Both the position numbers and the translations under genes were made by a program. The notes under the pieces are model-generated. The model searched no databases. It was not told the DNA's origin and worked only from the letters and a program-made list of their open reading frames with translations. DNA of 64,000 nucleotides from the NCBI GenBank assembly GCA_000002445.1, contig CP000070.1, positions 192,001-256,000 on the forward strand. Reading direction: 5' to 3'. Shown here piece after piece: positions 21,070 through 33,300 of the stretch (position 1 is the stretch's first letter; every line of letters starts with the position of its first letter). This stretch comes from Trypanosoma brucei (taxonomy: Eukaryota).

Positions 21070-23250
21070 TTAAACTTGGCCACTTCCGCCACTGCTTCCG
21101 GCACGGTCATCCCCACCCTCCACCTCCTCTGGGATGTCAGGGAACTTCGGGTTTTGTGGATCGATCTTAACCATGTAGTCCATGGATTTGCTTTTCTGCT
21201 TTGACAACTTTCCCTCTGTGAGGACCGGCTCCAACATGTACGGGTCAGGTGGACAAGAATTTGCAAAAGACACCTCCATGCAATCGCACAGAGCCATAAT
21301 CTCATCTTCCGGCACAGGTAGTTCACCATTCCTTGCTGGATTAAGCTCTGTTGCTTCATGAAAGTACCGTGAAACGTGAAACCCGGCCAGAACGGTGTCA
21401 ACGCCGTAGGTGGCAAAGTTGATAGCTTTCTGATTAAGCATAGGGCACATTGCCAGAGTCGGGCTCATCCGGTCAATGGCCGCATTCTTCTCCAGAGCCA
21501 TCTTACCACATTTATGCTCAAACATACGCTTTCGTAGCCGCAGCATATCGTTGGTAAGTTGTTCGTACTGTTTGCACCACTCTTTAAGATCGGCGGATGA
21601 AGCCTCTTTAAATCGCATGAGTGCACGACGAAAGCGCGGTATCATATAGTATGTCGCCCAGTTACTGAAAAAAAAGAGATTTGTGAACTGTCTTTGAGCC
21701 GCCAGGTAAACACTAGCCACAAAGAGGTGCTCCAGTGGTGGAAGTGTTGATGGTCCTTTTTCTATTGACTCCTTCACTTCCATCTCTTTTAGCACACACC
21801 GTTCGCAAACGGTGAAGAAGTTCATACGAAGAGACTTGAGGTCTGCTTCCATCGGGAAATTATGGTAGCGCTGCGGTAACTCCATCAAGTCTGTGGCCTC
21901 GAGTGGACTGTGGCCCAATGTGTTTAATCCAAGTGCTGTTGTGAGGGAGCGCAGCGTGTGATTACCATCATATGGTAGCGGCTTGTTGAGAGCTTGCGAA
22001 AAGGTTAAGTTAAAGGGGTACTGCAAAAACCGTAGGTGGTGATTATCACCACCCGCACGTCTTGCAAGCTCCATCAGACGGTAAATATTTATTACCTGAG
22101 GCGGGGGCTGGCGGTTGCGAATGTAATCAGGGACCATCGCATCTGGTGGAAGCGTTGGATAGTCACGATGAATGTGAGGCGCAAGATAAGGTGAAGAAAT
22201 CCCATAGTACTGCAAAACGCCGAGCTTTACCTGGTTCTCCAGATAGGCGAAAAGTTGGAGAATGTCATCATCGATATGGGCATCCGGCCTACCGTCAAAC
22301 AATGTGTGGAAGCCGTCCAGTAACAGAACGTCGATACATTCTATTTTTGTGTTGTAGGCAACATTGGTAAAGAAAGCTTCCAACCAATCCGGGGAAAGTC
22401 CAGCTGCAGAAGTCTTGGACACGCGGCGGAGATTCAAGCGAGCTAGTTGTTCATCGCTCAGCTCACTTATACGGAACCCAGACTTCAGCTGCATAGAGGG
22501 AAGTGAAGATGCCTTGTAGCGCTCAAAGATAGGGACGATACGATTTCGAACCACAGCAGTATTGGAGGACTCCACTTGTGTAATTTCCTCCTGAAATGGC
22601 TGCTGCTTAATAACACCACAACGACAAACAACAACAAAACCTTCACGATCGAGCTCGAATGCTTGCAGGGCTTCATAGAAGGCACGAGCGATACTCTGAT
22701 GAACGTCAGACATGCTTCCGTCAAGTTCAAAAACGTTGCACCCTTTGATTATCTGCAACTGCAACGACTCCACAGCCTCGTTAATATCATTCGGCATCTT
22801 GCAAGTGGCGCAGCCCAGCCTAGAAAGATGCCATCCCACTGGTGATGGACAAATGTGACGCCAATTCTCAAATACAGTAGACCTATCGCACGTGTATTTG
22901 GTACCGCGAGCTGTAGCCCTCCCAAGTATGGGTACCGCTTTGGACTCCCGCGCATCCGCCTGCCCCTGAGGTCCTAACATGCCACGAATGGCGCTCTGTG
23001 CCCGATTCCCGTATAACCCGTTAATTCCTGTCGTTTCGCCCGTCCGGCCGCCGGGTTCAATACTGCCACCCTGATCGACACGAGGGCGTCGCCCTGGTTG
23101 TTGGCCGTCTACGCCGCTGTGAGACACCCGACGCACGTGAATACCATAACAAGTAAAGACCAAAGTGGCAGTCCGTCGCCAACCAAGTGCATGACGCGAG
23201 CAGCTTCTCATCACAGCCGAATACGTGTGAACTGCTACAAAGCTGCTCAA
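21070..23250 (-). CDS. hypothetical protein with aldo-keto reductase-like (NADP-dependent oxidoreductase fold) domain, 726 aa
   Basis: Segments DVLLLDGFH and LENQVKLGVLQYYGISS resemble the AKR motifs (hhhhHWP.. and LEEL..EGKIRAIGVSNF). The remainder is unassigned. Confidence 0.45.
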   Translation of the reverse strand: MSSFVAVHTYSAVMRSCSRHALGWRRTATLVFTCYGIHVRRVSHSGVDGQQPGRRPRVDQGGSIEPGGRTGETTGINGLYGNRAQSAIRGMLGPQGQADARESKAVPILGRATARGTKYTCDRSTVFENWRHICPSPVGWHLSRLGCATCKMPNDINEAVESLQLQIIKGCNVFELDGSMSDVHQSIARAFYEALQAFELDREGFVVVCRCGVIKQQPFQEEITQVESSNTAVVRNRIVPIFERYKASSLPSMQLKSGFRISELSDEQLARLNLRRVSKTSAAGLSPDWLEAFFTNVAYNTKIECIDVLLLDGFHTLFDGRPDAHIDDDILQLFAYLENQVKLGVLQYYGISSPYLAPHIHRDYPTLPPDAMVPDYIRNRQPPPQVINIYRLMELARRAGGDNHHLRFLQYPFNLTFSQALNKPLPYDGNHTLRSLTTALGLNTLGHSPLEATDLMELPQRYHNFPMEADLKSLRMNFFTVCERCVLKEMEVKESIEKGPSTLPPLEHLFVASVYLAAQRQFTNLFFFSNWATYYMIPRFRRALMRFKEASSADLKEWCKQYEQLTNDMLRLRKRMFEHKCGKMALEKNAAIDRMSPTLAMCPMLNQKAINFATYGVDTVLAGFHVSRYFHEATELNPARNGELPVPEDEIMALCDCMEVSFANSCPPDPYMLEPVLTEGKLSKQKSKSMDYMVKIDPQNPKFPDIPEEVEGGDDRAGSSGGSGQV

Positions 23251-23897
23251 AGGAGCGGGTACACACTAGAGAAACCGGGTGGACGGCAGTTCGCACTATT
23301 CGCTACGATGTTGAGAACAAAGCGGAATAAGATTATTGGCACTACCCAAGGATGCACCAGACGTCAGCCGTTTATTTGAGTGAACCAGTGTGCTAGTAAA
23401 CCTACACGGGACCTCAAGAGTTATGAGCGGGATGCTATCTCTTGGTGCCTTTCCACTAATACGTCAACTCCGCCCCCCTCTATTATTTCCCCCTAGCGAG
23501 ACACAAGTGAATATGAAGAAAAATAAACAAAGTTGTCAGTGACAAAGTCAAAGCGATCAACCCACTTGAAATTCACCCAGAGGGTAAAACACAACTCCAC
23601 TGGCGTTTTAGTTTGTACAAATAAACAGACGACAGTGCTTTCATATCAAATTGTGGAAAGCGGTGCAGCGCAGTCATGATACATATTTTCTCACCCTTGT
23701 ATTGCAAAGGGTTTCTCTATTTATTTCATTTACCACAGGGAGGGACGAAAGAGACCACCGCGTTCCAATCGCCCCTCACACCGCTATTGTAAACATGAAC
23801 CCCTTGCTTGGTACGGCAGTCAACAGTACCATAGTGGAGAAAAAGAAGAAGGCAAAAAATATCTATCTAGAGTGCATCACAGCTTTGTATTCTTCTT

Positions 23898-23916
23898 TCC
23901 CCCTCCCCCCCCCCCC
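23898..23916. repeat. C-rich homopolymer run (C5TC12)
   Basis: ccccctcccccccccccc in the intergenic region upstream of the AKR-like gene. Confidence 0.9.
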
Positions 23917-24261
23917 ATTAATGATCATTGGCAAGAGCTACTTATTTTCTGAAGCAGACTTTGTTGATGTTGCAATTCACATGTGACCAAGGCACAAAAA
24001 AAAAAAGTGCGCCAGGTATTCCCAATGTGCAAAAGAGTTCCACAAAAAATCTATTTGTGCAACTGAGAGGGCACACAACGACTCGTCTTTACGCACCAAC
24101 GTTTATAACACGCCAGCTCGCCGCACTGCGTAGCACGTTTGCATTTCCCCACCAAACCCATTATATGTACATGTATTTTTCTTTTACTGTCCTACCCCAA
24201 GTTTTGTTCATCAAAGTAAACATAAAGCGGCACAACCCATCCCCACCTCAATACCAACGGC

Positions 24262-24293
<32 letters not shown>

Positions 24294-24296
24294 ATA
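24262..24296. repeat. (AT)10 followed by (TGTA)3 compound microsatellite
   Basis: atatatatatatatatatatgtatgtatgtata immediately downstream of the dynein stop. Confidence 0.9.
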
Positions 24297-24316
24297 AAGG
24301 TATACCGACTTCAACG

Positions 24317-27300
24317 TTAATCATCTAGCATGCAGAGTAGCGCGACGCCCCGTCGTATCCAATGTTCTGGTGGAGACGAACCCGGACTGAGGTCGAGGGA
24401 AATAACGTAGTTCGTAGACAAACCAGTCGTTGATAGGGCACCGGCACGGGCGGACGTCTTGTACACCGGACACTCATATACCGGCTTCGATTTGTCTTGA
24501 TCCTTTAACCGTTGTGGTTCGAGGTTGATCAACGGCATGGATGTGTACAGCTCCCGAGGGTTGCTCTCGCAGAGCGACATCCCCTCAAAAGTGAAGCGGG
24601 CCCCTTCGAGAAAGAGGCCGTGGATAAGCACACCCGCCTTGGGTGTGTTGACAATGTCCTCCACTACTTCATAACGTGTCACATTTGTGCGGAAACGAAT
24701 ATCATCAATAGGTATCATGTTTTCACGACTGTGAGCCTGCAACACACCGGTAAGGAAACCCTGGGGGAAGAAGAAACCAGAAATCCAGAAACTCATAGGC
24801 ATACCATTGTCGTTCCAGTCACGAAAGAACTCGACGCGCAGCAGTGTGTCCTGAAACCATGATGCCAATGGCTTTCGTGATAGATAGCTGTTCTCATGCC
24901 ATATTTGAGGAACCTGACCAAGAAGGCATGCGTCGAACATGCTCTCAAGCCGCGCCGACATGACAACTTCCCCCTTAATACCTCGCTTAAGCTCCAAAAG
25001 GGTTGCTTCCAGCTTCCTGATAATCGAATTGAACACATCAATCTCCTGGCTTACCACGGTGCCGAGTGAAATCATAACACCGCCCTCTGTTAGTTGGTAC
25101 GTGTCGGGGTGGGCTTTAGTCTTGTCGATCGCCTCCGGTAAGCGAGTCTGGAACTCACTAACCATCTCAAGTACTTTATCCTCTGGGCTTCGTCCCGCCG
25201 TCCCCTTCGTGCGTGGTTGGACGGAGAGCATAACTGCCAGTTGGTTTCTTGCCGTTGTACGGTTGCATGCTATGTCAGCATTAGAGTGCATTCCAAAGAG
25301 TTCTGGACTCTCGAAGGCAGGAAGATCAGCTAAATACTCCTTTACTGCGTCGAGAGACTCGACATCCTCCGGAATGCAGTAAACACCGTCAGAGGTGATG
25401 TTAAACTGCCCGGGTTGAAGCACGTTTTCGTTAAAAAACGCGTCGAGGATATTAACTAGTGCGCGGGAATCCAAGAAATCAGTTACGCGCCCACCGTAGT
25501 TTATGGTGCCAACCATATAACGAAGGGCGCTCCACGGCACACTCTCACTCACACCAGTTGGCACGTAAACCTGAAGTGTATGCAAACTTGCCGAGAAATC
25601 CGATTGATTCCACTCATAAGGGATATTCCACCCTAGTGGCCCAAACTTACGCCTTTCCTGGATAACTGCGTGGAAATATGCAAGTGAACAAAGCAGACGA
25701 CGCCACGTTGTTGGGTTTTCAGGTCGGCCGTCCCACAACGCAGGGGTCACCTCATTACAGAAGCTATCGCGTATATTCGCTTTGAGGCCCTTCGGTGGCT
25801 CCTTTACTACCTTTACACCAGACTGCAGCAGGAGCACCGGGAAGCTCCGTGTTGGCATTGTCGTGAGCCAAAGTCGGAAGTCACTGTGAAGTGTAGTTGA
25901 AATGTGCAGTTTTTCGACACAGCGCTCCAGTGTAGACATCCATGATTCATACACGTGACAGTTCTGCAGGTAAACCCACCAACCATCTTTGCTCCCTCTC
26001 CGAATCATCTCCTCGGCCTTTGGTCCTTGATCTTGACCCAACGACAGGACAAGTTTCTTTTCGGCGAAACCTTTGCGCTCCGCAAACTCTGTGAAAAGAA
26101 CAGTAGGGTCAATACCTGCCGTAAGGACGAAAATTATAGGCGCCGTCGGCGAACTGTCGGCAAAACATGCCTCCAGGTCGAAAGCAGGGCTTTCGGTGAA
26201 TACTTTCCCCAGATAATGAGAGCAGACAATCGACAGGCCGTGGCTTGTCAGGTCCTCGCGACATGCCTTCAGCACGAGAACCTTCTGGAACAGGGTGAGC
26301 CCTTGTGTGGTGGAAGGAAACCACTCGTAAGCTGTGTCACTTTCGAACCACGTGGACCAATCATCTTCATTATCGTATATAGTATCCTTAATATCACCAA
26401 ATGTCTCTGGTAAGGCCATGGAAAGCGCCGTGAGCTCATTCCACGCCGCTTCAGTCATCCACACAGGCCAACTATCGTTATCTATATCAACAAGGGATCG
26501 ACCCTCGCTACCTTTAAGCAAAAACTCCCACTCAGCATCACTAATAATCCCCTCCTGTCGATAGATCTCAGAGAATATTAACGCGACAAACAGGGGTTTG
26601 TCCCTCTCGAACAATCCACGGCACACAGTACGGTAGGAGTCAAGTGTCACCGCCGGAAGAAGAATGGCAACACGCTCGTCCACGTCGCTTACCTTTTCGG
26701 TACGATGCATCGACTTCACAAAAAGCTGCTTGAAGAAATCAAGGGAAATTTGGTACATATGGTCAACTCTCGCAAGATGTGAAAGAACCGTATATATGAC
26801 GGCACCTCGCGTCGCCACTGGCCTATATCGGTTGCAAGCCACCTCAATGTCTTTTTGCGTCTGCTCTGCCAGATTGAGTGCCTCTGTGACCGCTTCACTC
26901 GTATCCTTTGCCTCACTAAGGGTACGGACAAGTGGTTCGTTGTCAAGAATATTTCCAGTGGAAGACGTCAGGAGGTGGAGAATACGATCTTCAATCGCCT
27001 TCAGTTGAGTCTTGCCGTCGGAAATGTCCTTCTGAGTGTTGCTGGCTTTGGCTTCCAGTTCCGCACATTCGTACCTTACCACATCGGTTAGCAACTGGTT
27101 TTCAAGACCTCCTTGGGTCACAGTAAAGTTAATAACGGTCACTTTAATCTGCAATTCGGGTAAATAGTGTGGGTTGGGTAGTTTGCTTGTCATGTACATT
27201 CTAAAACCCGGATCATAATCAATCTCCACATCACCTAGCTTCAGCAACAACCTACCCTGAGAGCGGTACGTCTGTCTCAACAGAACAGGATCGAGTGCAG

Positions 27301-30300
27301 CGTCCACAGTTTCCTCCACATTTTCTATCAACACGGGCAGGCCGACTCGGATGGCATTTTCCAAGGTCCGCATATACGATGGGTCACTGAGCCTAATCGT
27401 ACGAAGGTTGTTCTCCCGCTCCATGGCCCGTATCCAAGCACATGCCTGTCCCTGTGGGTCAATACAGAGGCACCATCGCTTAGACTTGGTAACGATGACG
27501 CCATTCTCAGTGCTGACTGGGTCTTGTGGAAGACCTGCGGCACTCCACGAACTCACCTTGGCAGGGCTTACTAAGGTGGTCAAATCGAACACGCTGTTGC
27601 CGATGGGTACACCAAATTCCTTGCAGTTTTCCCACCACGCAGTGAGCATGCGCTTACGGTAGGGTCCTGTGAAAGGGCCAAGGTATGCGATACATCCTGC
27701 AGCCAATGCAACTTTTCCGGGTAACCCCAATTTCTCATCTTGCAAAAAGGTAATGGAGCTGTGCCACCGATCTTGCTCTCGCGAGAGGCCGCTCATCAAC
27801 TGCTCTGATCGGTTGAGACGTGCTTTCGTCAGCGCAATGTCCGCCTCAAGCTTATTTTTCTTTTCAATATTCTCTTGCATGTCTCGCTTTAATCCGTTGA
27901 TTTTGTCCTCGATACTTTTTAACCGATCCTGTGCTTCGCGAAGTGTTGCTGTAGCCACGCTTAATTTAGCCTCAGCCTCCGCTAAGCGTTCCCGCTTCGG
28001 CGCCACAACCTTCACGACTTCATAATAATTGTTGATCGCTAGCACCCACATAGAGAGTGACTTGCAGGCTTTCGAACTCTTCGCCACCTCTTGGGGCTGA
28101 AATTCAGGATTGTTTACGTACTTTTGGATAGATCGTATTGTGCGCTCAGTTAATTCATCTTTTTTGTAGTTCTGTAAATCCTTGATAAAGTCCATCCGAC
28201 CCATAACGAGCTTGGCACGATCCCAACTGAGGTCACGCTCGCCTAAAAGTATCAACACAGCTTCGAGAACGAGAACAACACGCGCTGCAGGCTTTTGGAA
28301 ACTCTTTACTTCACGAATGTCGTCAGGTCGAAGCTCCGCAAGCGCGTTCTCCGCAGCGCGCAGGATGGGTAGCGCCTTGTCAAGCTCAGCCTGACACTCA
28401 GCACGAATACCATCGGCTTCACGGCGAATCGCCATAGCTGCCTCCTCTTCTTTTGAGCACTCCGTTCGCACCACCTGCGCACTTTCTTGCTCTAATTTCA
28501 CTTTTGTCATGATCTCTTCAGTGTCCTGTGCAGCTTGGAGTAACTTTGGCTGCATTTGTACGAGCTGCTCCTTCATCTCATCAACGGTACACTGGGTGCT
28601 TTGCAGTTTATCAAGACCGGCCTGGTAGCGCTTCATCTGCGCTATTGTCTGTTCCTCCTGCTCCGAGAGGAGTTGATGATAGCAATTCAGGAGCTCAAGA
28701 TACGAACTGGGAGTGGTGTAGTTGCGACGGTGCAGCTCCTCAAAAAACTCCTCTGACCGGTTCTGCACGTCGATGTGAATGGACACGCAAAGTTTAATGA
28801 GACCGTTCTTCATTTCCTCATCCAGCGGCAGCTCACTAAAAATGTGCTGAGCTACAGAATGCAGAGCATCTGCGGGCCACTGGTCGAACCAGTCAATTGT
28901 GCAGCAGTTGACTAGTGACGGAAACATACGCAGACGGCGTCGGAAGGGCTCACCAACGGGGGAGAGCGCCAGCACAACATGTACATTATTACGGCAAAGT
29001 GTAACGAAGTGAGAAAATATAGCGTTGCGAGCCTCTTTCTTGCCAGCAGCGGATGCAAGGGGCCGCACAGCTTCGACTATTTGATCGATATCCTCGTTCT
29101 GCATAAGTCCCGGTACCTCGCCGGTATTGAGGAGGTTGTTGACATCTTCTAGCATTTCCTCCTGTACAATTTGGTTGTCAGTGAGGAAGAAGACTGAAGG
29201 ATTATCCTTACAGCCGCTTTCCATGAGTATCCCTTTCAACCGTTCCCTAAACTCTGCCATGTTGAAACTCCTTGTAATAGTGACCTCGTGCACCGCCAGA
29301 TTGCACATGAACGCCGCCAGCTTACAGAGAGACTGACGTCCCGTCCCACCCATACCCACAAGAAGCGCGTGGCCACGGGGTTGGCGAAAAATACGGCAGA
29401 TACGTGAGATATGGTGTATAGCGTCCTTGAAGAAGACTAGTTCGCACGTGCCGTTGGACTCAATATTATAGCCGTTTTGGTATTCGCGCAGTACTTCAAT
29501 AAGGCCCTCTCCTGTTTGGATTTCGGCATACTGCGAACGGTCTCGTCGCATGTAGTCACCGAAAATGACATTCTCAAGTCGCGGGTCCCAGTTCATCTTT
29601 AGTACTCTCTGTGATACGCCGCTTAGAGTTTTCCACCACCAACGTCTGTCCCCATCGTCAATCATACGGTCATGAAAAACACGACTCACTTCGTGCACGA
29701 AAACATTAAGCAGTATCTCACGAGTTGGAGCACTTGTCGGCGACACCTGCATAATGCCCTGTACAACTTTGCTAAAATCGCGTAAGTTAAACGTATAGTG
29801 GGACCGCTTCGGCGTGGGGAGCTTCTCCGTACTAATAAGGTAATAGCACTCTTTAATCGCCTCGACGAGAACGCTCGAAAGCGCGTTCACATCTGGTTGC
29901 TCCCAAGCCGAAAGGAAACCGTGCAGAATACACCCGAATATACGGCGGATGGAGTGGTCACTAAAACTCGGTTGACAGAGAAGATGGAATCGTGATGTTA
30001 GCCTTTTTGTCATTTCATTCCTGCCGCCACCTGGTACACCACATGCAGTAAGAAAGACAACATCGTGCACCTCTTTGAACGTAGCAGGGGACTTCCGCTT
30101 GTCATAAAAACCCCCCTGTGTGATGAGTTGCCGCAAGAGCTCCAGTGGCGGTGATGCACCGTACCTCTCCAGTGCCGGCATATTCAAATCGTCCACGATG
30201 AAAACAGCGCGTTTCCCGGGTTTGGGACCAATTGCATTACTGCGTAGTTTATATAACTTGCCGTCCAACCTGTCTTCAATATCACGAGCTCTACTCTGCG

Positions 30301-33300
30301 CGCTGAGTACAGTGTCGAAATATTCCCACGGACCCTCTGGATCGTCTCCACGCAACGTACCGGTTACAAAGTCCATAACAGCCAGCGACTTTCCCGTTCC
30401 AGTCACACCGTTCAGTAAAACGTGCCGTGAGTTTGCAACAAGAACTCCAAAGAGAGTTATGACGCTGACTGTCTCCGCGGTGGGTACAATGAGATCGAAG
30501 TACGGCAACTCCGGGCTGAAACAGAAAGTGGGCACCAGATGACGCCACGTGACAAACCTCATCGATGCTTTGTGCACAACGTAGTCGTAAACGCTGTTAC
30601 CATCATCAGCCGCGATCTTTCCTGGAAGCAACTCCTCAAAGTGCTTCTTGACAAAAGCACTGAAGCGTTCACGAGAGTCATCCCGAAGGTTACCCCCCAC
30701 TGACCAAACAAACGACATTAAAAAGTACATGTCAAGCAAGGTTTCATCATCCGCAGATACTTGCTCATACGCGATCTCAGGGGCCTTAAATTCCTCTGGC
30801 TCACTCGGCACCAGCTTGACGCCCGAGTATGTCGTCTCAGGTAAGAGATACACGTCATCGTTTTGCGGTTTCGCTTCCTTCGTACGAAGCAGTGGTGGCA
30901 GTAGGTCCTCTTCATCAATAGTTTTCATGAACGCAGCAAGCAGTTCGATGCACGATACTGCTAACTGGGCATCAACAGACCCAATCCACTCCCGACACTC
31001 TTTACGAATGAAGTCAAGGGACATGGGGAGGAAGCGCTCCAGCAGCTCACTTACGCGGTCCGCTCGAAATCTAGGAAACATGGAAGCTTTTTTGGTCACA
31101 AGACTCTTTGCTAGGGGAATCCACCCACGTCCACCGTCCACATAAAACGGTTCCGTGAACACCATACCGCAGCGGGACACAGTTGCGGGTGACGCAACTG
31201 CCAGATCCTGAACTTCAAACATAAAAGTTGCCGTGCTTGGAAGTTTGATGCGCTCACCGTTAAAAAGACACAGCAACTTGTTGTCATCCAACACTGTGTT
31301 CATATTTTCAATCCAAATAGCATCGACAGGTCCGTCGAAAACAATCCACTGACGATCAGGAAGTTCCTGCGCAACTCTTGTAATGGTCCTTGCAATGTTA
31401 CTAATAATACCGTCCGTCCATTCGCGTGTGATTTCATTCACCTGGCCGTAAAGCTCACCCATTGTAACAGACTTTGGATTTAAAAGGTGAATGTGAATGG
31501 TGTTAAAAAGCGGAATGTTGCCCTCTGGATCGTGCCCGTCTGCTTTAATTTGTGTCAGAGCCCCTTGAACAACGTGCATGATAGTCGACTTCCCGCTAAA
31601 AGTTTGACCAACAAGCATTACACCATGACGTACAACGAGTGTGTCGTAAAGTTGCAATGTTTTTGTTATCAACCCTTCGACCACCTGCAACCCTTTTTTC
31701 TCCATATCTTCCCGCACGTAGCGAACTAAGAGGTCACTCTGGGTCTCCTCGATCTTTACAGTGGGAAAGAGATCCTTAATAAGAGCCATGAAAAGTATGG
31801 TGTCGTCACGGAGAAACTTGGGAACATTGGCGTCCCGCATTGCTCTAATCAAAAGCATATCTTCATCATCGTTCGGATGTTGCCGCTTAAGACCTCCAGC
31901 AAGAACGAGAATAGACTTTACCGCACGCATACCAAAGTCGTAGTGATCCTGCTTTGACAACTGCTCGGAGCTTAACTTGTACAACTGCACCATCTTGCGC
32001 GCCAGTGTCCGCGCATCCTTAAATCCTTCAGAGTAAAACATGATTTCAGCAATAAGAGCGTAATCGGGGATCATCATGCAGATGGGACGAAACAGGGCTT
32101 TCAGGTTATCTGGAAGCTCGGTACGACCTGCATAACCAGGGTTCATGGTGATAAAAACACCGAAATTCCTGCTCAGTTTGATCATATGCCCGTCAAAGCT
32201 CATGCTTTCTAGGCGTTGCGCAAGAGCACTAGTAATATCTAACATCTGCTGCGCCACCACAGAGAGCACCTCTAGTTCAATACGGTTGAACTCGTCAAAG
32301 CACGCCCATGCACCCGCCTGCGCTAACCCAGCAAACATACGAGACATAGTCTTGTAGTTGATACCATCAGAACAGTTAAAAACAACAACTTGTCGGGCCA
32401 ACGCTTTCCCCAAGTCCTTCACCGACTCGGTTTTGCCTGTACCCGCAGGTCCCTGGGGAGCGGCTCCAAGATTCATTGCCAGAGCGCTGGTACATGTCAG
32501 AAATGCACGATCGGTCAGCGGGGTAATTACAAGACGCGGTTGATTCCCAAGATACTCATAACCATACCACAGATGAGCATCGCAGTGGTGGATTCCAACG
32601 CTCATGCCAGATTTCACAGAGTCAGTAGCCTCCCAATAATAACGCAGTTGCTGAGCCCAGGCAAAATCACTGAGAGAAGTCACACTGCTCTCATGAAGAG
32701 TATACACGATGTCACGATTGTGCACGTTAAGCACAATTAGTGTACAAACAAGCGTCCGTTGCAACTTAGTTAGGGACCCCTTCACCAAATTGACTGTCTG
32801 AAAAATTTGTTGCTGGTAATGTTCGTGATACTCCAGTAATGAGCCTGCCCTTATAGCCTCTTCGACTTCTTGGGTCCACACAACCATATCAACCGCCTGA
32901 ATACACTGCGCAGGGTGGTTAAAAAACCAGGTTTCACGTGCCTCTGGGGTATACGCCTCAACTGTCTTACGCATATGCATAAGCAACGAGGCTCTCATCA
33001 TACTCTCGATCTGGCACAACCACTTCTCTACATTGCCAATAGGATACACAACTTTCTCAAATTCAACTTCTTCTCCATCTCCAGACATCATCCCCGAAAT
33101 TTCGCTGTATGTATCCCCCGAAAAAATAAGGGATGCTATCGAATCAAAGCATTTGGTGAGATGCGGTTGCACTGCCTTGGGATTACGCACGTCGGAAAGA
33201 ATTGACAACAGTTCGTCGTTTGAGAGGAAGTAGAACCGAGGAAACGCAGCACGCTTCGTCTCGAGACACTCTTCCAGTTTCTTCTGAATGTAATCAATAT

